A program made the translations under genes and the position numbers. Of a DNA stretch of 64,000 bases, positions 50,183-58,294 are shown in pieces; position 1 is the first letter of the stretch, and each line of letters starts with the position of its first letter. The notes beneath the pieces were generated by a model, which did not search any database, had not been told where the DNA came from, and worked only from the letters and a program-made list of their open reading frames with translations. This stretch comes from an uncultured Desulfatibacillum sp. (lineage in GTDB: Bacteria; Desulfobacterota; Desulfobacteria; Desulfobacterales; SpSt-501): contig CAZNKG010000005.1 in NCBI GenBank assembly GCA_964573635.1, forward strand, positions 29,759 to 93,758, in the 5' to 3' direction.

Positions 50183-50448
50183 CCGCCCCTCCCCCCTCCG
50201 CCGAGAGCCGGGCCGCCGGTTGACGCCCCCGCCCGCCCGCGCGGCCGGCCGCCGGCGGTCGCAAGGGCCGGGCCCGATCGCCCGCGGGTTCCAGGCTGCG
50301 GCCGCGCCCGGCTCCGGATGCATGGGGTCATAGTGGACTTCGGCGGAAAACTCAACCGCGGCGCCGGGCCGCGGGGTTGAACCGTTCTGGCCGCCGGGTT
50401 ATGATGCCGCTTCGCAGCCAGGACACTTTCCGAACCAAGGAGCCCGCC

Positions 50449-52965
50449 ATGGCCGATCCGGACCGCCCGATCACGCGGCGCTCGCTGCTGTCGTGGGTCT
50501 TCGACGGCAACCTCAAGCTCCAGCTGGCGCTGCTCGCGGTGATCGCCGTCACCGTCTTCGCGCGCGTCCTGCCGCTCGAGATGCAGAAGCGGATCGTCAA
50601 CCAGGCCATTTCGCTGCGCAACCTCGACCTGCTCCTAATCTACTGCGCCTATTTTCTCGCCGCGGTCGTGGTGGCGAGCGGCTGCAAGTTCCTCATCAAC
50701 ATCCTCGAGACGCTCATCTCGCAGCGCGTGCTCGTGCGCATGCGCCGGGAGCTCTACCGCCACATCCTGACGCTGCCCCTCAACTTCTTCCGCAACACCC
50801 AGCCGGGCTTCGTGGTGAACGCCATCGTCAACGAGCTCGCGGTGCCGTCCAACTTCGCCGGCATGGCCGTCTCGACCCCGGTCGCCAACCTCCTGACGCT
50901 GCTCGCCTTCGCCGCGTATCTCTTGTGGCTGAACCCCCTGCTCGCCGTGGTGTCGCTCAGCATCTATCCCGCGGCGATGCTGCTGATCCCGTTTTTGCAG
51001 AAGCGCGCCAACCTCGCCAACCAGAAGCGCGTCGACCTCGGCCGCCGCTTTTCCGGCAAAATCGGCGAGGCGATCGGCGGCATCCACGAAATCCAGGGCA
51101 ACGCCGCCTTCCGGATCGAGCAGGAGAAGTTCGACGACCTCGCGGAGCGGCTCCGCAGGAACCGCGTCGTCTGGAACCTCTACCGCTTCGGGGTGAAAAC
51201 CGGCAACAACTTCTTCACCAGCCTGGGGCCCTTTTTGGTCTTCATCCTCGGCGGCTACCTGACGATCCGCGGGCAGCTCGAGCTCGGCGCGCTGGTCGCC
51301 TTTCTCTCCGCCCAGGAGAAGCTCTACGACCCCTGGAAGGAGCTGATCGAGTTCTACCAGGTCTACCAGGACGGGGCGGTGACCTACCGGCGGACCATCG
51401 ACTACTTCGACGTCGAGCCCGACTTCGCGATCGAGCCGCAGGGACGGCCGCCGCTCGAGCTCGAGGCGAGCCTCGAGGTCCAGGACTTGAGCGTCGACAC
51501 CGACTCCGGCATCCGGCTGCTCGACGGGATCAACCTCGCCCTCAAGCCGGGCGAGCACCTCGCGCTGGTCGGGTTCTCGGGAAGCGGCAAGAGCACGCTT
51601 GCGCTGTGCATCGCCCAGCTCGCCAAGTACACGGGGGGCCGGGTCTTGATCGGAAACGAGGAGGTCGCCGGGCTCACCAAGCGGGACATGGCCGCCAACA
51701 CCGGCATCGTCTCCCAGACCCCGCTCATTTTCGAGGGGACCATCGCCGAGAACCTCTATTATTCCGCCCGCGCCGCCGCCGGCGACGGCCGGAATCTGGA
51801 CCGCGGAAACGGCCTGCCCTCGCTCGACGACGCCATCGCCGTCCTGCACCAGACCGGCATGTTCGCCGACGTCCTGCGCTTCGGGCTGAACACCCAGCTC
51901 GCCCCCGACCAGAACGAACGCCTCGTCAAGGACATCATCCGCGTCCGCCGCAAGTTCGAGGAGAAATACGGGGCGAAGCTCGCCGAGTGGGTGGAGTTCT
52001 TCAACGAGAACGCCTATCTCAGCCACTCGAGCGTCGCGGAGAACCTGACGTTCGGCACCGCCGTCCGGGAGGAGTTCGCCCCCGAGCGCCTCTCGCGCAA
52101 CCCCTATTTCCTGAAGTTCCTGGAGCGCGAGGACCTCCGGCGGCCGCTGCTCGGCCTCGGCGCCCAGCTGGCCCGCCAGACGCTCGACATCCTGGGGCAG
52201 CTGCCCGCCGAAGCCCTCTTTTTCGAGCAGAGCCCGATCCGCGCCGAGGAGCTGGAGAGCTTCCGGCCGCTCGCCGAGCGCCTGCGGCGGCGCAAAATCG
52301 CCGAGCTCGAGGAGCCCGAGCGCGAGCGCCTCCTCGAGCTCGCCCTGCGGTTCACCCCGGGGGTCCACAAGATGGTCGCCCTGCCCGAGCTGTTCCAGAA
52401 CCTGCTCCTCGAGGGGCGCACGCAGTTCCGCAAGGCCATCGCCCGCGACCTGCCGGGGGCCTTCACCTTCTACGATGCGGGCGAGTACATCTATTCCCAA
52501 ACCATCTTGAACAACATCTTCTTCGGCAAGACCAAGACGTCCAACCCGCAGGCCCAGGAGGTCATCACCCAGAACATCATCCAGCTGCTGATCGAACGCG
52601 ACCTGCTGGAGACCATCGTCGACATCGGGATGAACTACAACGTCGGCAGCAAGGGGGACCAGCTCTCGGGCGGCCAGCGCCAGAAGCTCGCCATCGCGCG
52701 GGTCCTGCTCAAGGCCCCGCGTCTGCTCATCCTGGACGAGGCCACCTCCGCCCTGGACAACACCTCCCAGACCCGCATCCAGAACCTGCTCGAAACCCGC
52801 TGGAAGGGGAAAAGCACCCTCGTCGCGGTCGTCCACCGGCTGGACACGATCCGCAACTTCGACAAGGTCGCCGTCATGAAGGCCGGGAAAATCATCGAAA
52901 TGGGCAGCTACGCCGAGCTGATCGCCCGGAAAGGAGCGCTGTATGAGCTTGTCGGAAGAAAATAG
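50449..52965 (+). CDS. ABC transporter (type IV TMD + NBD with large insertion)
   Basis: TMD; Walker A GFSGSGKST, Q-loop VSQTP, LSGGQ, LLILDEATSALD, VHRL; AAGGAG RBS before ATG 50449. Confidence 0.9.
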   Translation: MADPDRPITRRSLLSWVFDGNLKLQLALLAVIAVTVFARVLPLEMQKRIVNQAISLRNLDLLLIYCAYFLAAVVVASGCKFLINILETLISQRVLVRMRRELYRHILTLPLNFFRNTQPGFVVNAIVNELAVPSNFAGMAVSTPVANLLTLLAFAAYLLWLNPLLAVVSLSIYPAAMLLIPFLQKRANLANQKRVDLGRRFSGKIGEAIGGIHEIQGNAAFRIEQEKFDDLAERLRRNRVVWNLYRFGVKTGNNFFTSLGPFLVFILGGYLTIRGQLELGALVAFLSAQEKLYDPWKELIEFYQVYQDGAVTYRRTIDYFDVEPDFAIEPQGRPPLELEASLEVQDLSVDTDSGIRLLDGINLALKPGEHLALVGFSGSGKSTLALCIAQLAKYTGGRVLIGNEEVAGLTKRDMAANTGIVSQTPLIFEGTIAENLYYSARAAAGDGRNLDRGNGLPSLDDAIAVLHQTGMFADVLRFGLNTQLAPDQNERLVKDIIRVRRKFEEKYGAKLAEWVEFFNENAYLSHSSVAENLTFGTAVREEFAPERLSRNPYFLKFLEREDLRRPLLGLGAQLARQTLDILGQLPAEALFFEQSPIRAEELESFRPLAERLRRRKIAELEEPERERLLELALRFTPGVHKMVALPELFQNLLLEGRTQFRKAIARDLPGAFTFYDAGEYIYSQTILNNIFFGKTKTSNPQAQEVITQNIIQLLIERDLLETIVDIGMNYNVGSKGDQLSGGQRQKLAIARVLLKAPRLLILDEATSALDNTSQTRIQNLLETRWKGKSTLVAVVHRLDTIRNFDKVAVMKAGKIIEMGSYAELIARKGALYELVGRK

Positions 52966-53467
52966 CCTCGCCGCTTCCTGCGAGTTCACCGAAAACCTGA
53001 ACCTTCTGCGGCAGATCCCCTTCTTCTCCGGGATGCCACTTGAATCGCTCAAGGTTTTCGCCTATCTTTGCACGCGGGAAAAATTCCGCCCCGGCGACCA
53101 TCTCGTGCGGCAGGCGGAGGACGACGGGCTGGCCTTTTACATCATCAGCGGCCGGGTCGCCGTCGAGCGCCGCGAGGGGGAGCAGACGATCGTCCTGCGC
53201 ACGCTCGAGCCGGGGGCCTTCCTGGGCGGCCTCTCCCTGCTCGCCGAGTCCCCGCGCCTGTTCTCGCTGCGGGCCGAAACGGAGGTGCTCACCCTGGTCC
53301 TCGGGCGCGAAAAATTCACCAAGGCCATTCGGCAGTACCCGGACCAGGTGCAGCGCATCCTGAACGCCGTGGTGGAGGCGATCGGCGCCTGGGAGACGGC
53401 CTTCCTCGCCAACCGGGCCGAGGCGTGCGCCGCCTGCCTGCCGAACCTGGGAGTCAGCCTGCTGTGA
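52943..53467 (+). CDS. Stand-alone cyclic-nucleotide-binding domain protein
   Basis: LRQIPFFSG, FYIISGRV, PGAFLGGLSLL...PRLFSLRA; no HTH; C-terminal CAAC. Confidence 0.88.
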   Translation: MSLSEENSLAASCEFTENLNLLRQIPFFSGMPLESLKVFAYLCTREKFRPGDHLVRQAEDDGLAFYIISGRVAVERREGEQTIVLRTLEPGAFLGGLSLLAESPRLFSLRAETEVLTLVLGREKFTKAIRQYPDQVQRILNAVVEAIGAWETAFLANRAEACAACLPNLGVSLL

Positions 53468-53937
53468 GCGCCAAGCCTTCCAAGCGCCCCCTTGCCGGCC
53501 GCGGCCCGCATCGCTTTTCCCTCACGCTGCGCAGCAAGCTCTGCGAGCTCGAGCGCCTCTGTTGCAAGCTCCAAGAGATCGGCGCCCGGCTGGGGATCAG
53601 CCCGCGCTGCCTCTTCGAGGTCAACCTCATCCTGGACGAGCTCTTCACGAACATCATCTCGTACGGGTTCGTGGACGCCGGCGAGGAGCACGCCGTGCGG
53701 ATCGCCTTCACCGTGGCGGGCGACCGGCTGGTGGTCGTCGTGCGCGACGACGGCATCCCCTTCAACCCCATCGCCCGCCGATCGCCCGAGCTGCCGTGCG
53801 CCATCGAGGATTGCCAGATCGGCGGGCTGGGGATCCACCTGATCAAGAACCTCGTCGATGAGGTGAGCTACCGCCGCAGCGACGGGACGAACATCCTGAC
53901 CTTCAAGAAGCGCCTGGAATTCGATCGGCCGCAATGA
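53464..53937 (+). CDS. Anti-sigma-factor-type Ser kinase (RsbW/SpoIIAB, HATPase_c)
   Basis: GTG start overlapping the upstream TGA; LDELFTNIISYG, DDGIPFNP, GGLGIHLI. Confidence 0.9.
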   Translation: MSAKPSKRPLAGRGPHRFSLTLRSKLCELERLCCKLQEIGARLGISPRCLFEVNLILDELFTNIISYGFVDAGEEHAVRIAFTVAGDRLVVVVRDDGIPFNPIARRSPELPCAIEDCQIGGLGIHLIKNLVDEVSYRRSDGTNILTFKKRLEFDRPQ

Positions 53938-53948
53938 GGAGGGATTCG

Positions 53949-54281
53949 ATGAACATCATCGAAGAAAAGCACGACCGCGTCAGCACCTTCCGGGTTCAGG
54001 GGCGCCTGGACTCGAACACCTCCCCCGAATTCGAAAAACGCATCTTCGACGCCATATCCAACGGCTCCCGGAACCTGATCGTCGATTTCAAGGACCTGGA
54101 CTACATCTCGAGCGCGGGGCTGCGCGTCATCCTGAAGGCCACCAAGGCGCTCAAGCGCGAGGACGGCAAGATCATGCTCTGCGCGATGCAGGACTACGTG
54201 AAGGAGGTGTTCGAGATCGCCGGCTTCGACTCGTTTCTGCCGATCGCCCCGACGCTGGAGGAGGCCCTGCGGAGCTTCTGA
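53949..54281 (+). CDS. STAS anti-sigma-factor antagonist (RsbV/SpoIIAA)
   Basis: GRLD, DFKDLDYISSAGLRV (phospho-Ser), VFEIAGF. Confidence 0.93.
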   Translation: MNIIEEKHDRVSTFRVQGRLDSNTSPEFEKRIFDAISNGSRNLIVDFKDLDYISSAGLRVILKATKALKREDGKIMLCAMQDYVKEVFEIAGFDSFLPIAPTLEEALRSF

Positions 54282-54302
54282 CCCCCCGGGGCCGCGCGGC
54301 GG

Positions 54303-54689
54303 TCAGCGCAGGCCGATCAGCCCCCGGCGGCCGAGCTCGCGGATGAACCGCGTGACCGCCACCTCGGCCTCCTTCGCCTCCAGGCGGTGCGCCGCCGCGA
54401 ATCCGGCCGCCAGCCGGGCGAGGGAGCGGCGCCCGTCGACCTGGTCCCACACCGACGTCCCCAAAAGATCGAGCTGCAGGCGGCCGCGGCGCGGCGGGCC
54501 GGACCCCGACCCGAACAGCCGCGCCATGGCGGCCGCCAAGCCCCGCGGCGGCGCGGCGGGGAACTCCAAGAGCACCTCACCGCCCGGCAGGCGGGTCTCG
54601 GCGACCGCCCGGTTCTTGACCGGGACGCAGTTCAGGGCCTCTTCCCGGGTCGGCGCCGCAGGCTTCCGTCCGGCCGCTGTCGATCGCAT
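54303..54689 (-). CDS. PqqD-family (RRE-like) protein
   Basis: GGAGG RBS; LQLDLLGTSVWDQVDGRRSL...FIRELGRRGLI matches the PqqD winged-helix pattern. Confidence 0.78.
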   Translation of the reverse strand: MRSTAAGRKPAAPTREEALNCVPVKNRAVAETRLPGGEVLLEFPAAPPRGLAAAMARLFGSGSGPPRRGRLQLDLLGTSVWDQVDGRRSLARLAAGFAAAHRLEAKEAEVAVTRFIRELGRRGLIGLR

Positions 54690-55551
54690 ATCCTCCGCAG
54701 AGCTCCTCCCATTCCGATGCGTCCATCTGCCGCGGACCCTCGGCCAGCACGCCGAGGATGCGGTTGGCCGCCTCGACCTGCCAGAACCGCGCCCGGCGGA
54801 CCGGCCGCCTGCCGAGCCAGGCCCGCAGCCTCCCGGCGGGGCCCGCCGCCGGGCCCGGCCCTTCGCCGCCTTCGATGCCCGAGCGGCGGCCGTCGCCGAC
54901 CGGGCGATAGGCGAGTTGCCCGCAGCCCGGCTGCCCGCGGGCGAACTCCTCCAGGCTCCGGCCGCGGAGCAGGACCGCCGCGGGCGCCCAGCGCAGCAGG
55001 CTCACCCGCAGGCCCCGCGCCTCGAAGTCGAGCCGGAAGCGGCCGGCCTCGAAACGCTGGGAGCAGAGCGACAGCCGCTCCGGAACGAGGGCGCGGATGT
55101 CGAAGAGCGCGAACTCCCGGCGGCCGTCCGGCCGGTGGTCGCGTAGGCTGGCGAGGATCTCCGCCGCCGCGCCGCCCGCGCGGCCGGAAAAGAACTGGAT
55201 CAGGGTCGCCGTGCGGCAGGCGGGGCAGTAAAGGACGGCGCCCTCGGCCGAGCCCCCCGCCGCGGTCCAGCGGAAGCCCGCCGCCTCGTAGGCGGAAAGG
55301 GCCGCCGCCCAGGGCGCGGGAAGCGGCCAGGCCTCCACCGCGGCGGTTTTCCTCAACCCTCGGCCGAGGCGGGCGATATGGCGGCGGTGCGAGAAGCGGC
55401 CGCGCACCGGCCGCCATTTGATCTCCAGCGCCGGCCCGCGACCGGACTCGAGCAACAGGTCGCGGGCGCCGACGCGGGCCGGCTGCCACTCGGCGGGGAC
55501 CGAGAGCGCCACCCCGTTCCAGGCGATGTGCTTCGCGGGCGCGGCGGGCAT
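54577..55551 (-). CDS. Hypothetical protein (internal YCPAC motif)
   Basis: Plausible globular sequence (WNGVALSVPAEW, FALFDIRALVP); the C-terminus overlaps the PqqD gene by 113 nt, so the 3' end is doubtful. Confidence 0.6.
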   Translation of the reverse strand: MPAAPAKHIAWNGVALSVPAEWQPARVGARDLLLESGRGPALEIKWRPVRGRFSHRRHIARLGRGLRKTAAVEAWPLPAPWAAALSAYEAAGFRWTAAGGSAEGAVLYCPACRTATLIQFFSGRAGGAAAEILASLRDHRPDGRREFALFDIRALVPERLSLCSQRFEAGRFRLDFEARGLRVSLLRWAPAAVLLRGRSLEEFARGQPGCGQLAYRPVGDGRRSGIEGGEGPGPAAGPAGRLRAWLGRRPVRRARFWQVEAANRILGVLAEGPRQMDASEWEELCGGYAIDSGRTEACGADPGRGPELRPGQEPGGRRDPPAGR

Positions 55552-55575
55552 GGCGGGCGCGAGCGGAGCGATCCC

Positions 55576-56199
55576 TCAGCGCGGGATCAAAAAGTCCCAC
55601 GGGTCGCCCGGCTTGCCCGGGACGGCGGGGCGTTCGCGCCGCTGGTCGCGCCGGCTCCGGCCGCTTTCGCGAAAGCAGCGCTCGTCCTCCTCGATGCGGT
55701 TCAGCAGCGTCAGCTTCACGGCGTTGCCCATCTTTTCGTCCTCGTCGAGGGCGTTGTGCTGCAGGGTCATGCTGATGCGGCCGCCCTCGGCGTCGCTGAA
55801 GGACCATTTCCAGACGACCAGGTTCTTGAAGGGGTCGCCGCGGTACTCCCCCGGCTCGCCGAACTGCTTTTTGAAGCGTCGGAAGAGCTCCTCGAAGGCC
55901 TTGACGCTCCCGTCCTCGTACTTGAGCTTGATCCGCACGATGCGATGCGGTTCGCGGCAGGTCGCGTAGGCGATCAGGCCGCTTTTCACGCCGGGGATGG
56001 GATGCACCTCGACCTCGTGGATATTTTCCATGTAGCGCACCGGAAGGCTCGTTTCCAAGTGGACCCGGTCCTTGAACTCCTCGATCGGCCGATCCAGGGT
56101 GAAGCCCCCGACGGAGCGGGGCGCCGGACCGGCGGCGGCCGCGGCGGCCGCGGCGAGCCAAACGGCGGATAGGGTCGCGATGCGGATCAGGCGGCGCAT
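55576..56199 (-). CDS. Hypothetical exported protein (207 aa)
   Basis: Signal peptide MRRLIRIATLSAVWLAAAAAAA; GGAGA RBS; typical coding composition. Confidence 0.78.
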   Translation of the reverse strand: MRRLIRIATLSAVWLAAAAAAAAGPAPRSVGGFTLDRPIEEFKDRVHLETSLPVRYMENIHEVEVHPIPGVKSGLIAYATCREPHRIVRIKLKYEDGSVKAFEELFRRFKKQFGEPGEYRGDPFKNLVVWKWSFSDAEGGRISMTLQHNALDEDEKMGNAVKLTLLNRIEEDERCFRESGRSRRDQRRERPAVPGKPGDPWDFLIPR

Positions 56200-56290
56200 G
56201 GTCTCTCCCGGGGGAAGCGGCCCCCTTTTAAGGACGTTCGTCCGATTGTAGGGTCGATGCCGGCCAATTGCAAGCGCGGCGCCCCGGCGG

Positions 56291-58255
56291 TCAGTAGGCG
56301 AGGCGGCCGAGCGACTTGAGGATCAGGGTCGCGCCCATGGCGAACATGCCCATGAGGCCCATGCCGCAGGAGAACCCCGCCAGGAGCACGGGGGCGTACT
56401 GGCGCCACATGGCGCCGTAGCGCTTGAGGAAATAAAAGCGGCCGAGCAGCGCGCCGACGACCTCCAGGACGAGCCCGTGCGGGGTGCTCTGGCCCAGCCC
56501 CCGCACCATGCCGTAGACCAGCATGATCGGCAGCCCGAAGAGGGAGAGCACGGCGTAGGTGAGCGTTCCGAGAAGCGCCCCGGCGCCGACGTAGACCCAG
56601 TTGAGCGCCTGGAAGAAAAGGGAGTTGCCCTCCAGCGTCGAGGTCTGCATGAGCAGCGTGTTCAGCGCCTGCAGGTGCCAGAGCTCCTGGGCGAAGGGAT
56701 AGGCCGCCGAGGGGATGGGGGCGAGCCGCCAGATGAACTGCGAGAAGAGCAGGCTGGCGATCATCACCACCGGGAAGACCACGATCTCGCTCTTGATGAT
56801 CCCGCGGATGCTCGTGCCGGTCAGCTCGATCTCGCGGAAGGAGACCGTGGCGCTGCCGTAGTTGTGGATCGGGATGGGCGCGTACCAGATCTCGATCCCC
56901 TGGTAGCCGAAATACTTCGCCCCGGCGATGAAGCTCGCCTCGCGCACGAGCGGCAGGCTGACGAACTGCCCGGCGATCCCCTCCATCCGGGCGGTGACGT
57001 AGGAGAGGACCGGGGTGTAGACGAACCCGTAGAGCAGGAAGAAGACGACCGGGAAATTGGGCACGAGCCAGACGCAGAGCAGCACGTAGGAGAGCGTCGA
57101 GAAGACGTAGATGCCGACCGAGATCCAGAAGTTGAAGTCGCCCCGGCCGGGCGGGGGGCGGAAGAGGTCGCGCCAGCTTCCGGGGCCCGCCTCGCCGCCG
57201 CGGCGGCGGAAGGAGCGCGCCACGTGCCCGATCCCCACCAGCGCGATGGCGAGACCGAGGCCGATCGAGAAGCTCAGGTAGAAGTCGAAGTTGTTGGCGA
57301 AGACCGTCTCGACGGTCCGCATGCCCGGGTGCCAGCGGGTCAAGATCCCGTGGTGGTAGAGGACGGGGTTGGCGACGAGGGTCACGATCAGCCCGCCCAG
57401 CCCCCCGATGACCGCCCAGAAGGGCAGCACCATCCCGATGAAGACGAGCCCGAGATCGAGCTGCAGCCCGGTGGCGACCGCGGGCAGCCACTCCTCGGTG
57501 TGGCCGGTGAGATCGATCCAGGGGATGGGGATCAGCCGGATCGGCTCCATCAGGACGAGCCCCGAGACGGCCGGCAGCAGGACGTAGATCCCGCCGAAGA
57601 AGAGCCCGACGGCCCCGCCGATCGAAAAAACCCGCCATTTCCAGCTGCGCTCGCGCTCCTCGGTCGATTCGGCGAGCGCGAGCGTCCCCAGCGCGGCGAC
57701 CGGCGCCATGGGGAAGGGGAGCTTCTCGACGTCGGAGGTGATGCGGTAGAGGGCGTACCCCAGCCCGAACTGGTCGATGCGGGTGATGATCTGGGTCCCG
57801 ATCAAGAGCAGGATCGGGATCAGCCAGTCGCGGTGGAAAAAGGTGCGCTCGGCGAGCGCCGCGGACTCCGGCGGGGGCGCGACCCACAGGGGGATGTATT
57901 CGGTCAGCCCGAGCATGCGCGCGGCGTCCGACTGGACGAGGTACTGGTTCCACAGCAGCCCCTGGAACGGGGTGTGCAGGGCCGCCCCGGCCATATAGTA
58001 GAGCAGGAAGATCTCCTGCTGCTGCATGTCGCTGTAGGAGCGCTTGGCAAGCTCCGCGAACAGGATGATCGTCACCCAGCGCGCGGCCGGCCCGATGCCG
58101 GTGCCGATCACCAGCTGCAGGTACATGCTGCCGGGCATCATCAGGAAGCCGATGAAGACCGCCCCGACGATCGTGCGCCAGTCGAAGCCCTCCTCGAAGG
58201 CGCTCGGCGTCTTCAAGAGGTCCCGGTACTCCTGGAGCTCCTTGTCCTCTTTCAT
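56291..58255 (-). CDS. Polytopic membrane protein, OPT/YSL-like putative peptide transporter
   Basis: About 15 TM helices; FEEGFDWRTIVGAVF, ARWVTIILF, LPFPMAPV (similar to OPT 'LxFP'), WYAPIP; GGAG RBS before ATG 58255. Confidence 0.7.
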   Translation of the reverse strand: MKEDKELQEYRDLLKTPSAFEEGFDWRTIVGAVFIGFLMMPGSMYLQLVIGTGIGPAARWVTIILFAELAKRSYSDMQQQEIFLLYYMAGAALHTPFQGLLWNQYLVQSDAARMLGLTEYIPLWVAPPPESAALAERTFFHRDWLIPILLLIGTQIITRIDQFGLGYALYRITSDVEKLPFPMAPVAALGTLALAESTEERERSWKWRVFSIGGAVGLFFGGIYVLLPAVSGLVLMEPIRLIPIPWIDLTGHTEEWLPAVATGLQLDLGLVFIGMVLPFWAVIGGLGGLIVTLVANPVLYHHGILTRWHPGMRTVETVFANNFDFYLSFSIGLGLAIALVGIGHVARSFRRRGGEAGPGSWRDLFRPPPGRGDFNFWISVGIYVFSTLSYVLLCVWLVPNFPVVFFLLYGFVYTPVLSYVTARMEGIAGQFVSLPLVREASFIAGAKYFGYQGIEIWYAPIPIHNYGSATVSFREIELTGTSIRGIIKSEIVVFPVVMIASLLFSQFIWRLAPIPSAAYPFAQELWHLQALNTLLMQTSTLEGNSLFFQALNWVYVGAGALLGTLTYAVLSLFGLPIMLVYGMVRGLGQSTPHGLVLEVVGALLGRFYFLKRYGAMWRQYAPVLLAGFSCGMGLMGMFAMGATLILKSLGRLAY

Positions 58256-58294
58256 ACTCCGCCCGGCGCCGCGCAGGCGGCGCAAACCGGCATG

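Noticed and set aside
54577-54689. 113-nt overlap of the hypothetical gene with the PqqD-like gene
   Set aside because: Probably a drifted stop codon or a sequence error. The tail is low-complexity, so I do not treat it as programmed recoding.
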